A stretch of 20,000 nt of DNA from Chiloscyllium plagiosum (lineage: Eukaryota). Every line of letters begins with the position of its first letter. Position 1 is the first letter of the stretch. The translations under genes and the position numbers were made by a program. Location of the stretch: assembly GCF_004010195.1 (NCBI RefSeq), contig NC_057752.1:4518390-4538389 (forward strand), written 5' to 3'. Below, one piece after another: positions 9,061 through 20,000 of the stretch. The notes under the pieces are model-generated. The model worked only from the letters and a program-made list of their open reading frames with translations. It was not told the origin of the DNA and ran no database searches.

Positions 9061-9604
9061 AGGGCCGTCCAGAGGGGCAGCAGGAGGGTGTACTGGGGGT
9101 TGTGGATTTGCACAAGGAGTGCAAATGCTAAAATAACCCCTCTGAGACCCTCTTGTTTGGGAATGGACAATGTCTTATCTGTAACGGTTCTCGTCATCCA
9201 TTAAGAGCAGGCTACACAAGCTCAACTGTGTGGAAAAGGGATACACTTGGATCTGTTTATAATTTCGCAAAACCTTTCTCAGCTTTATCAATCAGCATCT
9301 CTCCCTCTTCTGTCATGAGGATAGCTTGAGCAATTGTCACAGATACTTTCAGCTCTTTGTAAATCTAGTATCATGTAGAAACATTTATCCAATGCTCAGA
9401 ACAGGTGCTGAAAGAAACCTAACAGGACTGGAATCTGCACCTGTAGTTTCGGTGCCTTTTCTGTGATGCCAAAACAATGCAGTTGAATTGAGCTAACCTT
9501 GAAATGGGTGTGTCAGTGTTTAAGTTTAAGCTTCAAGCTCACTGAGCTCAGTTTTTGCAAACACAAAGTTTCCAGACTCCAATATTATCTCTAGTCAATC
9601 AATG

Positions 9605-9989
9605 AAATTGGTGGTGTAATGGACACTGATGAAGGTTATGAGGGGCAAGGATAGGGTGAATAACCAAGGTCTTTACCCCAGGTTAGGGGAGTCCAAAACC
9701 AGAGGACATAGGTTTAGGGTGAGAGGAGAAAGATTTAAAAGGGACCTAAGGGGCAATTTTTCCATGCAGAGGGTGGTGCGTGTATGAAATGAGCTGCCAG
9801 AGGAAGTGGTGGAGGCTGGTACAATTACAACATTTAAAAGGCATCTGGATGGGTACATGAATAGGAAGGGTTTAGAGGGATATGGACCAAATGCTGGCAA
9901 CTGGGACGAGATTAGGTTGGGATATCTGGTCGGCATGGACAAGTTGGACCGAAGGGTCTGTGTCAGTGCTATACATCCCTAGACTCTAT
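9605..9989 (+). mobile_element. CR1/HER1 LINE 3' fragment with internal deletion
   Basis: KIGGVMDTDEGY joined directly to MRG.DRVNNQGL...KRDLRGNFSMQRVVR...ELPEEVVEAGTITTFKRHLDGYMNRKG. Highly similar to the reverse complement of 4519-5000. Confidence 0.9.
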
Positions 9990-10792
9990 AAATCCAGCTG
10001 ACCGTTTTCAGTCATTTAGTTTGGCCCTTTTATTGTGCAGCAAATGGAGTACTTTGCCATTCTTGGCACTCAAGAGTACAGCACTTTGTCCATGGGTGCC
10101 CAGAATGATAAGGAATAACGTTTTCTTGCTGAGTGAGATCCTGGAGTTGGTGAGCTCATTGCCAATGATCGTTATCACTGTGCTGCCTGCCCACGGGCAC
10201 ATAGTTTGCCAACCTCAATTAATGTTGAACCATGAAAGAAAACAAGGAGAGAAGCCCATTGTCCCATTTGACCTGTTGAGTCCCACTTGCAAGAAGAGTG
10301 TGCTAACCCCATGAGTTTAGTAACTTAATGTAAGATAACATAGCATAATTCAAGACAAGGATCAAAGTTGAAAGAAATTGAAGAGCTGTGATCGAACACA
10401 TGGACAATAGTTTGGTTTCTTGGGCCCTTGACATCATCTGAAACTTCAGCCATGCCAACCCAGATCTCATCTCAGCAGGTATTTGAGTGTGTGGCAGCCT
10501 GCCCTCACTCTCATTTACCAACAGGAGCTTGAGACATTGAGGGATTAAACTTTGGCTGATCTTCCCAGCCATTGCCCAAAGTCAGAGGAGTTTAGGCCAA
10601 TTGCAGGACTACTGGTAAAGTTCCAATTGAGAGGACTAACACGATGCTGACTGGGAATAAAAGCGAGGATCTTTATGCTCAGTTACGTGTTAGGAGTGAT
10701 ATCTCATTTATGCAGTTGTACTCTTCACTATCTTGGAATATCAGAGTTAAAAATCACACAACACCAGGTTATAGTCCAACAGGTTTATTTGG

Positions 10793-10833
10793 AAGCACTA
10801 GCTTTCGGAGCGCTGCTCCTTCATCAGGTGATT
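10793..10833 (-). ncRNA. Minimal hammerhead ribozyme motif, intact core, in PLE pLTR
   Basis: Minus strand AAUCAC CUGAUGA a GGAGC agc GCUCC GAA AGCU A GUGCUU: stem I CAC/GUG, 5-bp stem II, palindromic AGCU stem III, predicted cleavage after the A at 10799. Confidence 0.8.
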
Positions 10834-11328
10834 GTGGAGAATAAGATTGTAAGACACAGAATTTATAGCAAAAGTTTACAGTGTGATGTAACTGAAATTA
10901 TATATTGAAAAAGACCTGGATTGTTTGTTAAGTCTCTCATCTGTTAGAATGACCATGTTGGTTTCAGTTCTTTCATATGGAAATCGCAAAACCTTTTTTA
11001 AAGTTACATTCTCAAGTGAACTTTAACAAGGATGTCCTGAGGCATGGCATGGTGTCATGTCGGCCCAGATAAGGTATTGAAGGTGTTAAATCCCTGTGAG
11101 GCTGTCTGCGCCGCAATGGTCAGACTGATTCTAATCTAAAAAACGGATTTACAGAATTTTACATGGATTCATGTAGTTTTTGAGCAAAGTAAAATGTAAT
11201 TCTGCAAGTACAAATTCATCCCACAAACTTATATGTGTATGTGTGCATGTGGGGGAGGGGGTGGTTATGAGTGTATGTGTGTGAGTGTAAAGGGGTTTAA
11301 GTCTGTGAGAGTGTGTGGTGCTGTGGGG

Positions 11329-11952
11329 TCACCCGTAGTGTGACATGAACCCAAGGTCCCGGTTAAGGTCATTCCCATGGGAACCGAACTTGGCTATCAG
11401 CCTCTGCTTGGCCACTTTGCGTTGTTGCCTGTCCCGAAGTCCACCTTGGAGGACGGTCACCCAAAGGTCCGAGGTCGAATGTCCCAGGCCGCTGAAGTGT
11501 TCTCCGATTGGGAGGGAACACTCCTGTCTGTTGACTGTTGTGCGGTGTCCATTCATTTGTTGCCGTAGCCTCTGTTTGGTCTCACCAATGTGCCATGCCT
11601 CAGGACATCCTTGCCTGCACCGTATGAGATAGATAACATTGGCTAAGTCACATGAGCACCTGCCACATACATGGTGGGAGGTGTCCCCACATGTAATGGC
11701 GGTATCCTTGTCGACATTCTGACATGTCTTGCAGCGCCTACCGTGATAGGGTTGTATGGAGTTGTCCTGAGAGCCGGGCAGTTTGCTACAAACAATGATC
11801 TGTTTGAGGTTTGGTGGCTGTTTAAAGGCGAGAGGTGGAGGTGTGGGGAAGGTCTTGGCGAGGTGCTCATCCTCATTGGTAATGTGTTGCAGGCTGCGAA
11901 GAACATGGGCGTAGTTTGTCAGCTTCTGGGAAGTACTGGACAATGAAATCAT
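11329..11952 (-). pseudogene. PLE ORF C-terminus: Cys-rich linker + GIY-YIG endonuclease
   Basis: RCKTC...CSCDLANVIYLIRCRQGCPEAWHIGETKQRLRQQMNGHR...IGEHF...LNRDLG. Frameshift near 11908 (upstream frame reads FIVQYFPEADKLR). YIG appears as HIG. Confidence 0.9.
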
Positions 11953-11974
11953 TTGGAATATCAGCTGTAGGTTA

Positions 11975-12385
11975 TTTGGTCATACTCTTGCCTCTCAACT
12001 TGAGCTCTGCTTCTAGTGTTATGTCTTATTCCAGAGCTTGCACACTAATATTGAAGCCAGCACTACAATGCGACACTGTCAGAGCTGTCAATGCTTAGAA
12101 GTGGCATTAAATCGAGACCCCCACCCCCCTACCCTCCCAGATAGATGTAAAAGATCCATGGCACTATCTTGGAGAAAAACAGGAGAGTTTTTCTTGGTGT
12201 CCTTGCCAATGTTTATCCCTTGATCATCAAATAAAAATGTTAATGCTCACGTTGCTGTTTGTGGGAGCTTGCTGTGCACAATTTAGCTGTTGTTATTATA
12301 GATTATAACAGATTACATTTCAAAACCTCGTCAATGTCTGAATTTTGAGCACTGAAAAATGTGATAGAAGTGCAAGGCTTTTTCA
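11975..12385 (+). mobile_element. Deu-domain SINE (SacSINE1-like)
   Basis: gatgtaaaagatccatggcactat...ggtgtccttgccaatgtttatccct...gttgctgtttgtgggagcttgctgtgcacaatt. Confidence 0.7.
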
Positions 12386-13187
12386 AAAAAGAGGAAGAAA
12401 TTCAGCTTGGTGCAAAACTAGCATTGTATGTGATTTTATGGGTTTTCCTGTTTTACAAGTCAGTTTAAAATTGCTCCCATGTTGATTAGGACTCAGGCAC
12501 ATAATTGCTGGTTTTCCAAAGTCTGAGCATGCCAGTACTGGTTCACCTGAATTCACAAAATCATCCCTTCTCAATGTCTTTAACGAGTGAATCATGAAAG
12601 GAGTGGTCAGTAATGGCAGTTTACACATTCCAATTAAGTAAAGTGTACAGAAAGCAATATCTTTAAACTGTACACCATGACCACTACAGTCATGAGCAAA
12701 ACTAGGGTTGGGTACAAAGGCAGGTGTGGGAATACAGACTGCAGCCCTCAGTTTAGTGGGCGCGAACTGAAACTGGAATTGGCACAGGCTCTTTTTTTTA
12801 TTACAGCACCTTTCTCCAGCCTCAAGCAAATTACTATTCTTGTCATGACTGATTCTTTTCAAATAAACGGTTGAAAGTCTGTAACTATGAGCCTGAGATT
12901 ACCTAGCAACAGCTAATAAAGAATCTCCAGGTGTGTGGGAAGCGGGTGGGGTGGAATATGCAACCTTTCTGAAGGGAGTGGCAAATGATTGCTTTGGAGA
13001 TTAGAACGATCAGACATTTCAGATTGTTCTTTAAACTGATTACTCATGTTTCTTTTAAACTGGGCCAGAAAAAAAAGCCTCACTCATTTATGTTGACTAT
13101 CAGCAATGTTTCTTCAATACAATAGTGAGTTTTCCCAGAGCTTGTTTCTCTCTGAAAATAATGCTAATTGGCCCTAGTTGCAGAAAG

Positions 13188-13699
13188 AATTGAATTGAAT
13201 TGAATTTATTGTCACGTGTACCGAGGCACAGTGAAAGGCTTTGTCTTGTGAGCAATACAGGCAGATCACAGAGTTAAGTAGCGTAGATAAGTAAATAATA
13301 GGTAAACAGCAGCAAAAACAAAAACACAGGTACAGGCAAATGTTAAGAGTTTCTGAGTCCATTCAGTATTCTAACAACAGTAGGGTAGAAACTGTTTCGA
13401 AACCGGCTGGTGCGTGTGTTCAGGCTTCTGTACCTTCTCCCTGATGGTAGAGGTTGTAGAAAAACATTGCCAGGGTGGGATGGATCTTTGAGAATGCTGG
13501 TGGCCTTTCCTTGACAGCGGGCCTGGTAAATGGATTCTATCGATGGGAGATTGGCCTTTGTGATTTGTCCCGGCCGAGTTCACCACACTCTATAACCGTC
13601 TCCGATCTTGAATGGTTGCCATACCAGGTGGTGATACATCCAGACAGAATGCTCTCGATGGCGCACCTATAAAAGTTGGCAAAGGTATTCGCCGTCATG
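13188..13699 (-). mobile_element. Rex1/Babar-like LINE 3' fragment
   Basis: Minus strand encodes NFYRCAIESILSGCITTWYGN, a Rex1/Babar-type motif. 3' end aataaa followed by (ttcaa)n. Confidence 0.75.
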
Positions 13700-13849
13700 A
13701 CAGTTCATACATCTTCTATAGCACGGACTGCCTCAGTTCTGTAAACATTGCACTAGTGTATAGAAAATAAAATTTGGGGTGCACACTTAAGATGGCCTTC
13801 TTCAGCAGGTAAAGGCATTGCTGAGTGTAGCATTGCGCTATACAGTCTT

Positions 13850-14095
13850 TTCATTGTTCCACCATTGGTAAGCTTGGCTTCAGCTGCCTGGTCCTACATT
13901 TTGGAATTCACTATCTAAACCTCTCTTCTCTCTCTTTCTTTCTATTCCTTTTAAGGTGCTTCAAAAATAAATCTACCTCTTTAACCAAGCTGGTGGTGAC
14001 CTGTCCTAATATTTTCTTCTCCAGCTCAGTATCAAATTCTCCTGTCGAGTGCCCAGTCAAGGTTTGCAGGTAAAGTGCTAAATGCAGATTGTTGC
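13850..14095 (+). mobile_element. L2-like LINE 3' end (degenerate)
   Basis: ccaccattgg...ttcagctgcctgg...tggaattcact...ctacctctttaaccaagct...ctgtcctaatat; similar to 4300-4440. Confidence 0.55.
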
Positions 14096-14287
14096 TGTGT
14101 TTTACCTCCTGTACTGGGTTAGCTGATTGCAGCTGGGGTTGTATTTCTATTAGCTGCCATAATTCACCGTAATGTCCATTGGCATGAGGTAGTAAAGTCT
14201 GCCAGAGCGTCTTCTCTTGATCGCTATCCAGAGATTCTTGCTGAAAAGTGTGTACGTGAGTTCTACATAAGACTGCAGGGTGACTCA

Positions 14288-14595
14288 GGGCGGCCCGGTG
14301 ACTCAGTGGTTAGCACTGCTGCCTCACAGCACCAGGGACCTGGCTTCCATTCCACCCTCATGCGACTGTCTGTGTGGGTTTCCTCCCACAGTCCAGAGCT
14401 GTGCAGGTTAGGGTGGATTGGCCATGCTAAATTGCCCCGTCATGTGAAGGTTATGTGGGCTGGCCATGGTAAAAAACACATGTGGGATTACAGGGATGGG
14501 CGGGGGGGCGGGCGGGTGGTGGATGATCTTCAGAGGGTTGGTGTGGACTCAATGGGCCGAATGGCCTCTTTCTGCATTGTAGGCATTCTGTGACC
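14288..14595 (+). mobile_element. HE1-type SINE with internal deletion
   Basis: ggtgactcagtggttagcactgctgcctcacagcaccagggacc; gactgtctgtgtg fused to ggtttcctcccacagtcc; tail gggccgaatggcctc. Confidence 0.85.
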
Positions 14596-14599
14596 TTCC

Positions 14600-15300
14600 T
14601 ACCAAAGTGAACCACCACCTCACATTTTTCTGTCAAATTCCACCTGCCTATGGCCTTCTATTCAAACCTATTACCACATTCCTCACTGTTTACTACACTT
14701 CAAAGTTTCATGTCACCCACAAAGTTTGAGATTGTGTCCTGTTCTCCCGAGTCCATGTAATGTGTCAAAAACAGCAGTGGTCCCTGGGGCACAGCCCTGT
14801 ACACCTTCTTGCAGTCTGAAGGCATTCACCACAACCCTCTCTTTTCTAACCACTATAATTTCCTATTTATGTTGTTACTGTTCCTATCCCATGGACTTCT
14901 CTTTAGCTGAAATTTACTTTAATTTAAAATGTACTTCATGAGAGGCCTTTTGAAAGTTGAAAGACAGACATCAACTGCACTGCCCTCACCTACCCTGCTA
15001 CCTTATCAAAGAACTCAATCAAGTTTGTTAAGCACAATTGACCTTAGCAAATCTTTGTCAGCTCCCCTTAGTTAATCCACATTTGTCCACGGCTGTTAAT
15101 TTTCTCAAAGATTATTGTTTCCAAACCATTCCCCACCACCAACACTAAAACGGCTGCCTGTAATTATCAAGCATATCATCTTCCTTTTATGGACAAGGGG
15201 GTAAATATTTGCAATCCTTTGGTGCTCTGGCACAATCCTGTATTTATGGAGAATTGGAAGATGGTAGACACCACCTCCGCAATTTTTACCTTTTCCCTTG
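14600..15300 (-). mobile_element. Old CR1 RT fragment (heavily decayed)
   Basis: Remnants KCEVVHFGRK, GPLLF, LNKLD.VL (from the LTNLIEFFD region), DNYRQP, VPEHQRIANIYP in the expected order. Confidence 0.7.
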
Positions 15301-15859
15301 AAGAATGGCTGACTCAACAACATTTTTGAGATCCTTATCTTTAGTTTGATCTTATTTCAGTATCCTGATAACCTTCTCTGTGATTCTAGTTATTCAAAAT
15401 GTTTTTTTAAAATACGCACTTGTGAGTCTAATGGTTCTGTTGTTACTTTTGTTTCTGTGTTCTAATATTCTTTCAATATGGAAAACTGCTGAGAGGCCAA
15501 TGTGTTATAAATGTGCAACTGGGCAGTCTTTCACAGATAGTAACTGCTTTGCTCTCACAGTTAAAAGTGAAGGAGACACCCAGCCCTGAGGCTGGTAATG
15601 GAAGGTGTACAGCTTCTTCTGCTGACCAATTAGGAGGGAGGTCACGTCTCATGGAAGAATCATTCAGTCCAGGAATTTGAGCTATTCTGTCTGCTTCCCA
15701 TTGACTGTCTCAGTTTGCACACTGCCTATTCTGTTTTGCAGTGGAAGGTTGGAGACATTTTTACATTTGAGTTAGGGGTACCAGGAGTCCAGTGCTCAAA
15801 TGGAGTGCTATAGCCTGATAGCACTAGCCTCACTGAAAACAAGAGCAAACTTGTGTTTT

Positions 15860-16250
15860 CACAGCGTTTATCACAGCCTCAGGATATCTTCATTGCTTCA
15901 TAGCTAATGGTTAGTTTTTGAACTCTGAGTGCTATTAGTTTGTAGACAAACATGGTAGCAAATATGTGCACAGCAAGTGTCCACAAACTCCAATTGAAAT
16001 TACTGATCAAATAATCTGCTTTGGTAATGTTAGGAGGGTGGAATAGTGGGTCAAACCTTGGTCTTCTTCAACTAATGCTATGACACCCTTTATAGCTCCC
16101 CAATCAGGTCATATTATAATGTCTGATCAGAAAAAAATGGCACTTCCAACAGTGAAAGTGTCTCTCAGGAAGTGCTCCTCATTGGAATGCCCAAATCTTG
16201 GAGTGGAGATTGAACCCATGGCATTCTTATTCAGAGGCTACTAACTAAGC
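15860..16250 (-). mobile_element. Deu-domain SINE, degenerate
   Basis: gcaaatatgtgcacagcaagtgtccacaaac...tgatcaaataatctg...ggcacttccaacagtg...attgaacccatgg, matching 7157-7500. Confidence 0.55.
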
Positions 16251-16958
16251 CATGGCTGGCATTGGCTGAAGGTTAAGGGCAAGATGCCCACAATTCAAAG
16301 GAAGAAGTCCATATAAGTCCAATTTTAGAATATCCTTAGGATAATTCCTGAGACCAACTTCTCACATGCCTGAATGGAGTTCGACTGTTGCACTAATATG
16401 ACCCCACCCCAATACACCCAATTCCACCATCCTTTGAGGCAACTTCAACCCCTGCACATCTCAGGCTAAAGGTATGACTTGAGTCTATTAAGGAATAAGC
16501 TTAACAGGAAACATTAAAAATCAGCATGTTTCAATTACATGGCTTCACATAACTCACAAGAATAACAGTAACATTCCTAGAACTTCAAATATTTTTCAGT
16601 GGTAGATCTTTTAGTGTGATCCACATATTTTTCTGATTTTTTTTCTCTCAGCCTGTGAGGATCCATTTGCCCTGTTCAGTGTGTGTTAGTCCCTGCAAGA
16701 GTAACTCACTATTCTCTGCCTTTTTCTTGTAGCCTTTCTCCTCAGCTAATTATCCTATACTGTTTTGAAAGCTGTGATTAACTATATAAACGCAAGTGTT
16801 CCTTTTTAGTGGAAAAAAATCCGGATCAATTTTTGTTGATTTCTCTTCCTCTTCACTGTTGCAAAATGCACTGCCTGAAAGCTTAATAGAGTCAATTGTT
16901 CGCCGTACGGAGTTTAGGCAATTCATCGGCCCAGGTCTCTTCAAAGCTTTTTTGCAGG

Positions 16959-16977
16959 TAGCCACCAGATGGTGCTA
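16959..16977 (+). promoter_or_regulatory. CTCF-like binding motif
   Basis: tagCCACCAGATGGTGCTa matches the CTCF core CCASYAGRKGGCRS with one mismatch (T for C). Confidence 0.45.
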
Positions 16978-18194
16978 TACAGCTTCCATACCGATTTCCC
17001 TCGGTCTGAGTTGGGAGGAAAGACCTCAATTGCTCTGAAACTGTTCACTGTATCTGAAGAGTGGCCTTTTCATGCAGCCCTGAACTCTCTGCTGTGATGT
17101 AAAAGAACTGTCCGTGCCCTTCCGATACCCTGGGACTGTATGGGCATTCTTGCCCTCTCATGGTGCCCAAATCTGGGGAGAAAGGGAGCACTGCTCACCT
17201 AAACACCAATCCTATCTGTAACTGGTTATGAACATAATCTGAGTGCTTTGTTTGTACTGTGGCTGGTTGTTCACAGTCTGGGAGTGCACGGACATCAAGA
17301 CAGGAGGCCACAATATAATTAGGATGCGCCAGCAATAGGAACAAACTTGCCCTTCACAAAACTATGTTTACTAATTCGCTCAAGCCTTTCCGAGTGTTCA
17401 CAATTTTCAGTCTCTGCCACAGTTTTCTGTGAGCCCTGTCATAAGTGTGTGCAGCCCATTATTTTGACTTGGCCATTTGGAACCCTAACAAGCCTGCCCT
17501 TTGACCTCTGTTGGTGACAATTGCACCAACATACCTTTACATTTTGCCTTTGATGTAATAAAATGGTGGAATGACAGAAATGAAAGTTGGGTAAGAAGCT
17601 AGAACTGGGGTAGGGCTGAGATCACAAAGGCTGTATGACTGCAGGTGCAAAGATAGAGAGCAGGCTAGAGCCATGAAGCAAGAAAATCTGGGGGATGGTC
17701 CCATGATTTTCACACTTTCAATGGGCTGGGAACTGCAGCTATGTCCCTTTTTTATCCTGTCAAAGGTACTGGAATGCCTGGTAAAAGCACCCGGGGTCAA
17801 GAAGGGATGATGGTGTTCATCCATTGTAAAAAATTTTCCACTGCTCTGTCTAAAGGGAGCTGCTTTAAAACTCGAAAAACTGCAAGAAGTGCAATAGGAT
17901 AGATCCAATAATAATTGACACGTGCCAAAAGCAAAAGTCCCCACCAAAGCCCAAAGTTCCTAAGAAGACCCAGGATATTGGAACTGTAATGTTCAGAATT
18001 TCTACCTCCTTGCCTTACATCGATATGCTTTTAAGGGATGGAGAGCGTTCTTACAAGACCACCCCAGACACCTTGGTACTTGGCTGAGGTTTGGTGTAAC
18101 TTGATCTCGGCCTAGCTTTCAGCTTATTCCAATCAGAAACTCTGTTCTTTAGCCATCATCATTTAGAGCATCAGCCTGGACTTTCTCAAGGAAT

Positions 18195-19339
18195 AGAACA
18201 AAGAACAAAGAACCTGACAGTACAGGAACAGGCCCTTCGGCCCTCTAAGCCTGCGCTGATCCAGATCCTCTATCTAAACCTGTCACCTATTTTCTAAGGG
18301 TCTGTATCCCTCTGCTCCCTGCGCATTCATGTATCTGTCTAGATACATCTTAAATGATGCTATTGTGCCCGCCCCTACCACCTCCGATGGCATCGCATTC
18401 CAGGCGCCCACCACTATCTGCGTGAAGAACTTTCCCCGTATATCTCCCCTAACCTTTACCCTTCTCACTTTGAACTCGTGACCCCTAGTAATTGATTCCT
18501 CTACCCTGGGAAAATGTTTCTTGCTATCCACCCTGTCTACACCTCTCATGATTTTGTAGGCCACAATCAGGTCCCACCTTAACTGCCTTCTTTCCAATGA
18601 AAATAATCCTAATCTACTCAACCTCTCCTCATAGCTAGCACCCTCCATACCAGGCAACATCCTGGTGAACCTCCTCTGCACCCTCTCCAAAGCATCCACA
18701 TCCTTTTGGTAGTGTGGTGACCAGAACGGTTCACAGTATTCTAAATGTGGCCGAATCAAAGTCTTATACAACTGTAATATGACCTGCCAACTCTTGTGCT
18801 CAATAACCGGTCCGAAGAAGGAAAGCATGCTGTATGCCTTCTTGACCACTCTACTGACCTGCATTGCCACCTTCAGGGAACAATGGACCTGAACACCCAG
18901 ATCTCTCTGCACGTCAATTTTCCCCAGGGCTTTTCCATTTACTGTATAGTTCGCCCTTGAATTGCATCTTCCAAAATGCATCTCCTCTTATTTGTCCGGA
19001 TTGAACTCCATCTGCCATTTCTCTCCAATCTGTCTATATTCTGCTGTATTCTCTGACAGTCCCCTTCACTACCTGCTACTCCACCAATCTTAGTGTCATC
19101 TGCAAACTTGTTAATGAGGCAACCTACACCTTCCTCCAAATCATTTATGTATATCACAAACAACAGTGGTCCCAGTACAGATCCCTGTGGGACACCACTG
19201 GTCACTGGTCTCCATTTTGAGAAGCTTTCTTCCACCACTACTCTCTGTCTCCTGTTACCCAACCAGTTCTCTATCCAGCTAGCTAGAATACCTTGGACTC
19301 CATGCGACCTTCTTCATCAGCCTACCATGGGGAACCTTA
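18195..19339 (-). mobile_element. CR1-clade LINE, 3' 1.15 kb of ORF2 (RT pseudogene)
   Basis: KVPHGRL...GVPQGSVLGPLLFVIYINDL...KFADDTKIGG; frameshift near 19020; ...LYKTLIRPHLEYC...LERVQRRFTRMLPG...; tail (ttctttg)n. Confidence 0.95.
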
Positions 19340-20000
19340 GTCCAAGAACTCCCCACCTACGTTCGGGACACCACCCACGCCCTCCACCTCCTCCATGATT
19401 TTCGCTTCCTCGGCCCCCAACGCCTTATCTTCACCATGGACATCCAGTCCCTATACACCTCCATCCCCCATCACGAAGGCCTCAAAGCCCTCCGCTTCTT
19501 CCTTTCCCGCCGTACCAACCAGTACCCTTCCACTGACACCCTCCTTCGACTGACTGAACTGGTCCTCACTCTTAACAACTTTTCTTTCCAATCCTTCCAC
19601 TTCCTCCAAACCAAAGGAGTAGCCATGGGCACCTGCATGGGCCCCAGCTATGCCTGCCTCTTTGTCGGATATGTGGAACAGTCCATCTTCCGCAGCTACA
19701 CTGGCACCCTCCCCCACCTTTTCCTCTGCTACATCGGTGATTGTATTGGCACAGCCTCGTGCTCCCATGAGGAGGTTGAACAGTTCATCCACTTTACTAA
19801 CACCTTCCACCCCGACCTCAAATTTACCTGGACCGTCTCAGACTCCTCCCTCCCCTTCCTAGACTTCTCCATTTCTATCTCGGACGACCGACTCAACACG
19901 GACGTATACTATAAACCGACCTGCTCCCACAGCTACCTAGATTACACCTCCTCCCACCCTGCACCCTGTAAAAACGCCATCCCATATTCCCAATTCCTTC
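19337..20000 (+). pseudogene. Penelope-like element reverse transcriptase fragment (runs off window)
   Basis: Open frame LVQELPTYVRDTTHAL...MDIQSLYTSIPH...QTKGVAMGTCMGPSYACLF...CYIGDC...LPFLD...YYKPT..HSYLDYTSSHP..CKNAIPYSQF. The catalytic YIDD position reads YIGD (19730-19741). Confidence 0.92.

Larger units (their letters stand above)
10745..11952 (-). mobile_element. 5'-truncated Penelope-like element (GIY-YIG endonuclease + 3'UTR + pLTR with hammerhead)
   Basis: Perfect 12-bp TSD ttggaatatcag (10733-10744 / 11953-11964). GIY-YIG ORF. TG-rich tract ~11231-11320. Terminus matches the family A arms. Confidence 0.93.

Noticed and set aside
9257..9365. Minus-strand protein-like frame IYKELKVSVTIAQAILMTEEGEMLIDKAEK as an exon (also a candidate at 13085-13152)
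   Set aside because: Weak splice sites for the first, phases not consistently joinable, and no recognised homolog.
11946..11952. aaatcat as a remnant inverted PLE tail
   Set aside because: Only 5-6 nt match to the tail end (ctccaaatc), too short to support.
12383..12862. 159-aa minus-strand ORF
   Set aside because: No recognisable domain and no convincing splice or codon signal.
17310..17324. 15-bp match (acaatataattagga) to the arm of the 1746-1809 palindrome
   Set aside because: AT-rich, does not extend, and is compatible with chance in 20 kb.
17537..17947. 136-aa minus-strand ORF
   Set aside because: No recognisable homology; likely a chance ORF.
19451..19862. 119-aa (-) and 70-aa (+) ORFs
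   Set aside because: Antisense and off-frame shadows of the PLE RT frame.

Overview
Eukaryotic, repeat-rich DNA with no confidently identifiable host gene. The repeat families (HE1-type SINEs, HER1/CR1 LINEs, Deu-domain SINEs) point to a cartilaginous fish, probably a shark (inference from family recognition, no database search). Much of the window is retroelement debris: CR1/HER1, L2-like, Rex1/Babar-like and Tx1/L1-like fragments, tRNA-derived SINEs, a Tigger-like MITE, and two Penelope-like element (PLE) coding pieces (GIY-YIG endonuclease at 11329-11952 on the minus strand; RT from 19337 to the end on the plus strand). The most notable signal is five short (130-200 bp), mostly palindromic insertions in two sequence families. 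Each is built from PLE terminal repeats, carries a minimal hammerhead ribozyme core (CUGANGA-stem II-GAA-[AGCU or ACGU]-H), and is flanked by 8-14 bp target-site duplications. The best-preserved copies have an asymmetric 34-35 nt tail. Family A is tied directly to the GIY-YIG-coding PLE at 10745-11952. Also seen: a perfect 64-bp spacerless palindrome (1746-1809), a CTCF-like motif, and weak candidate terminal exons.
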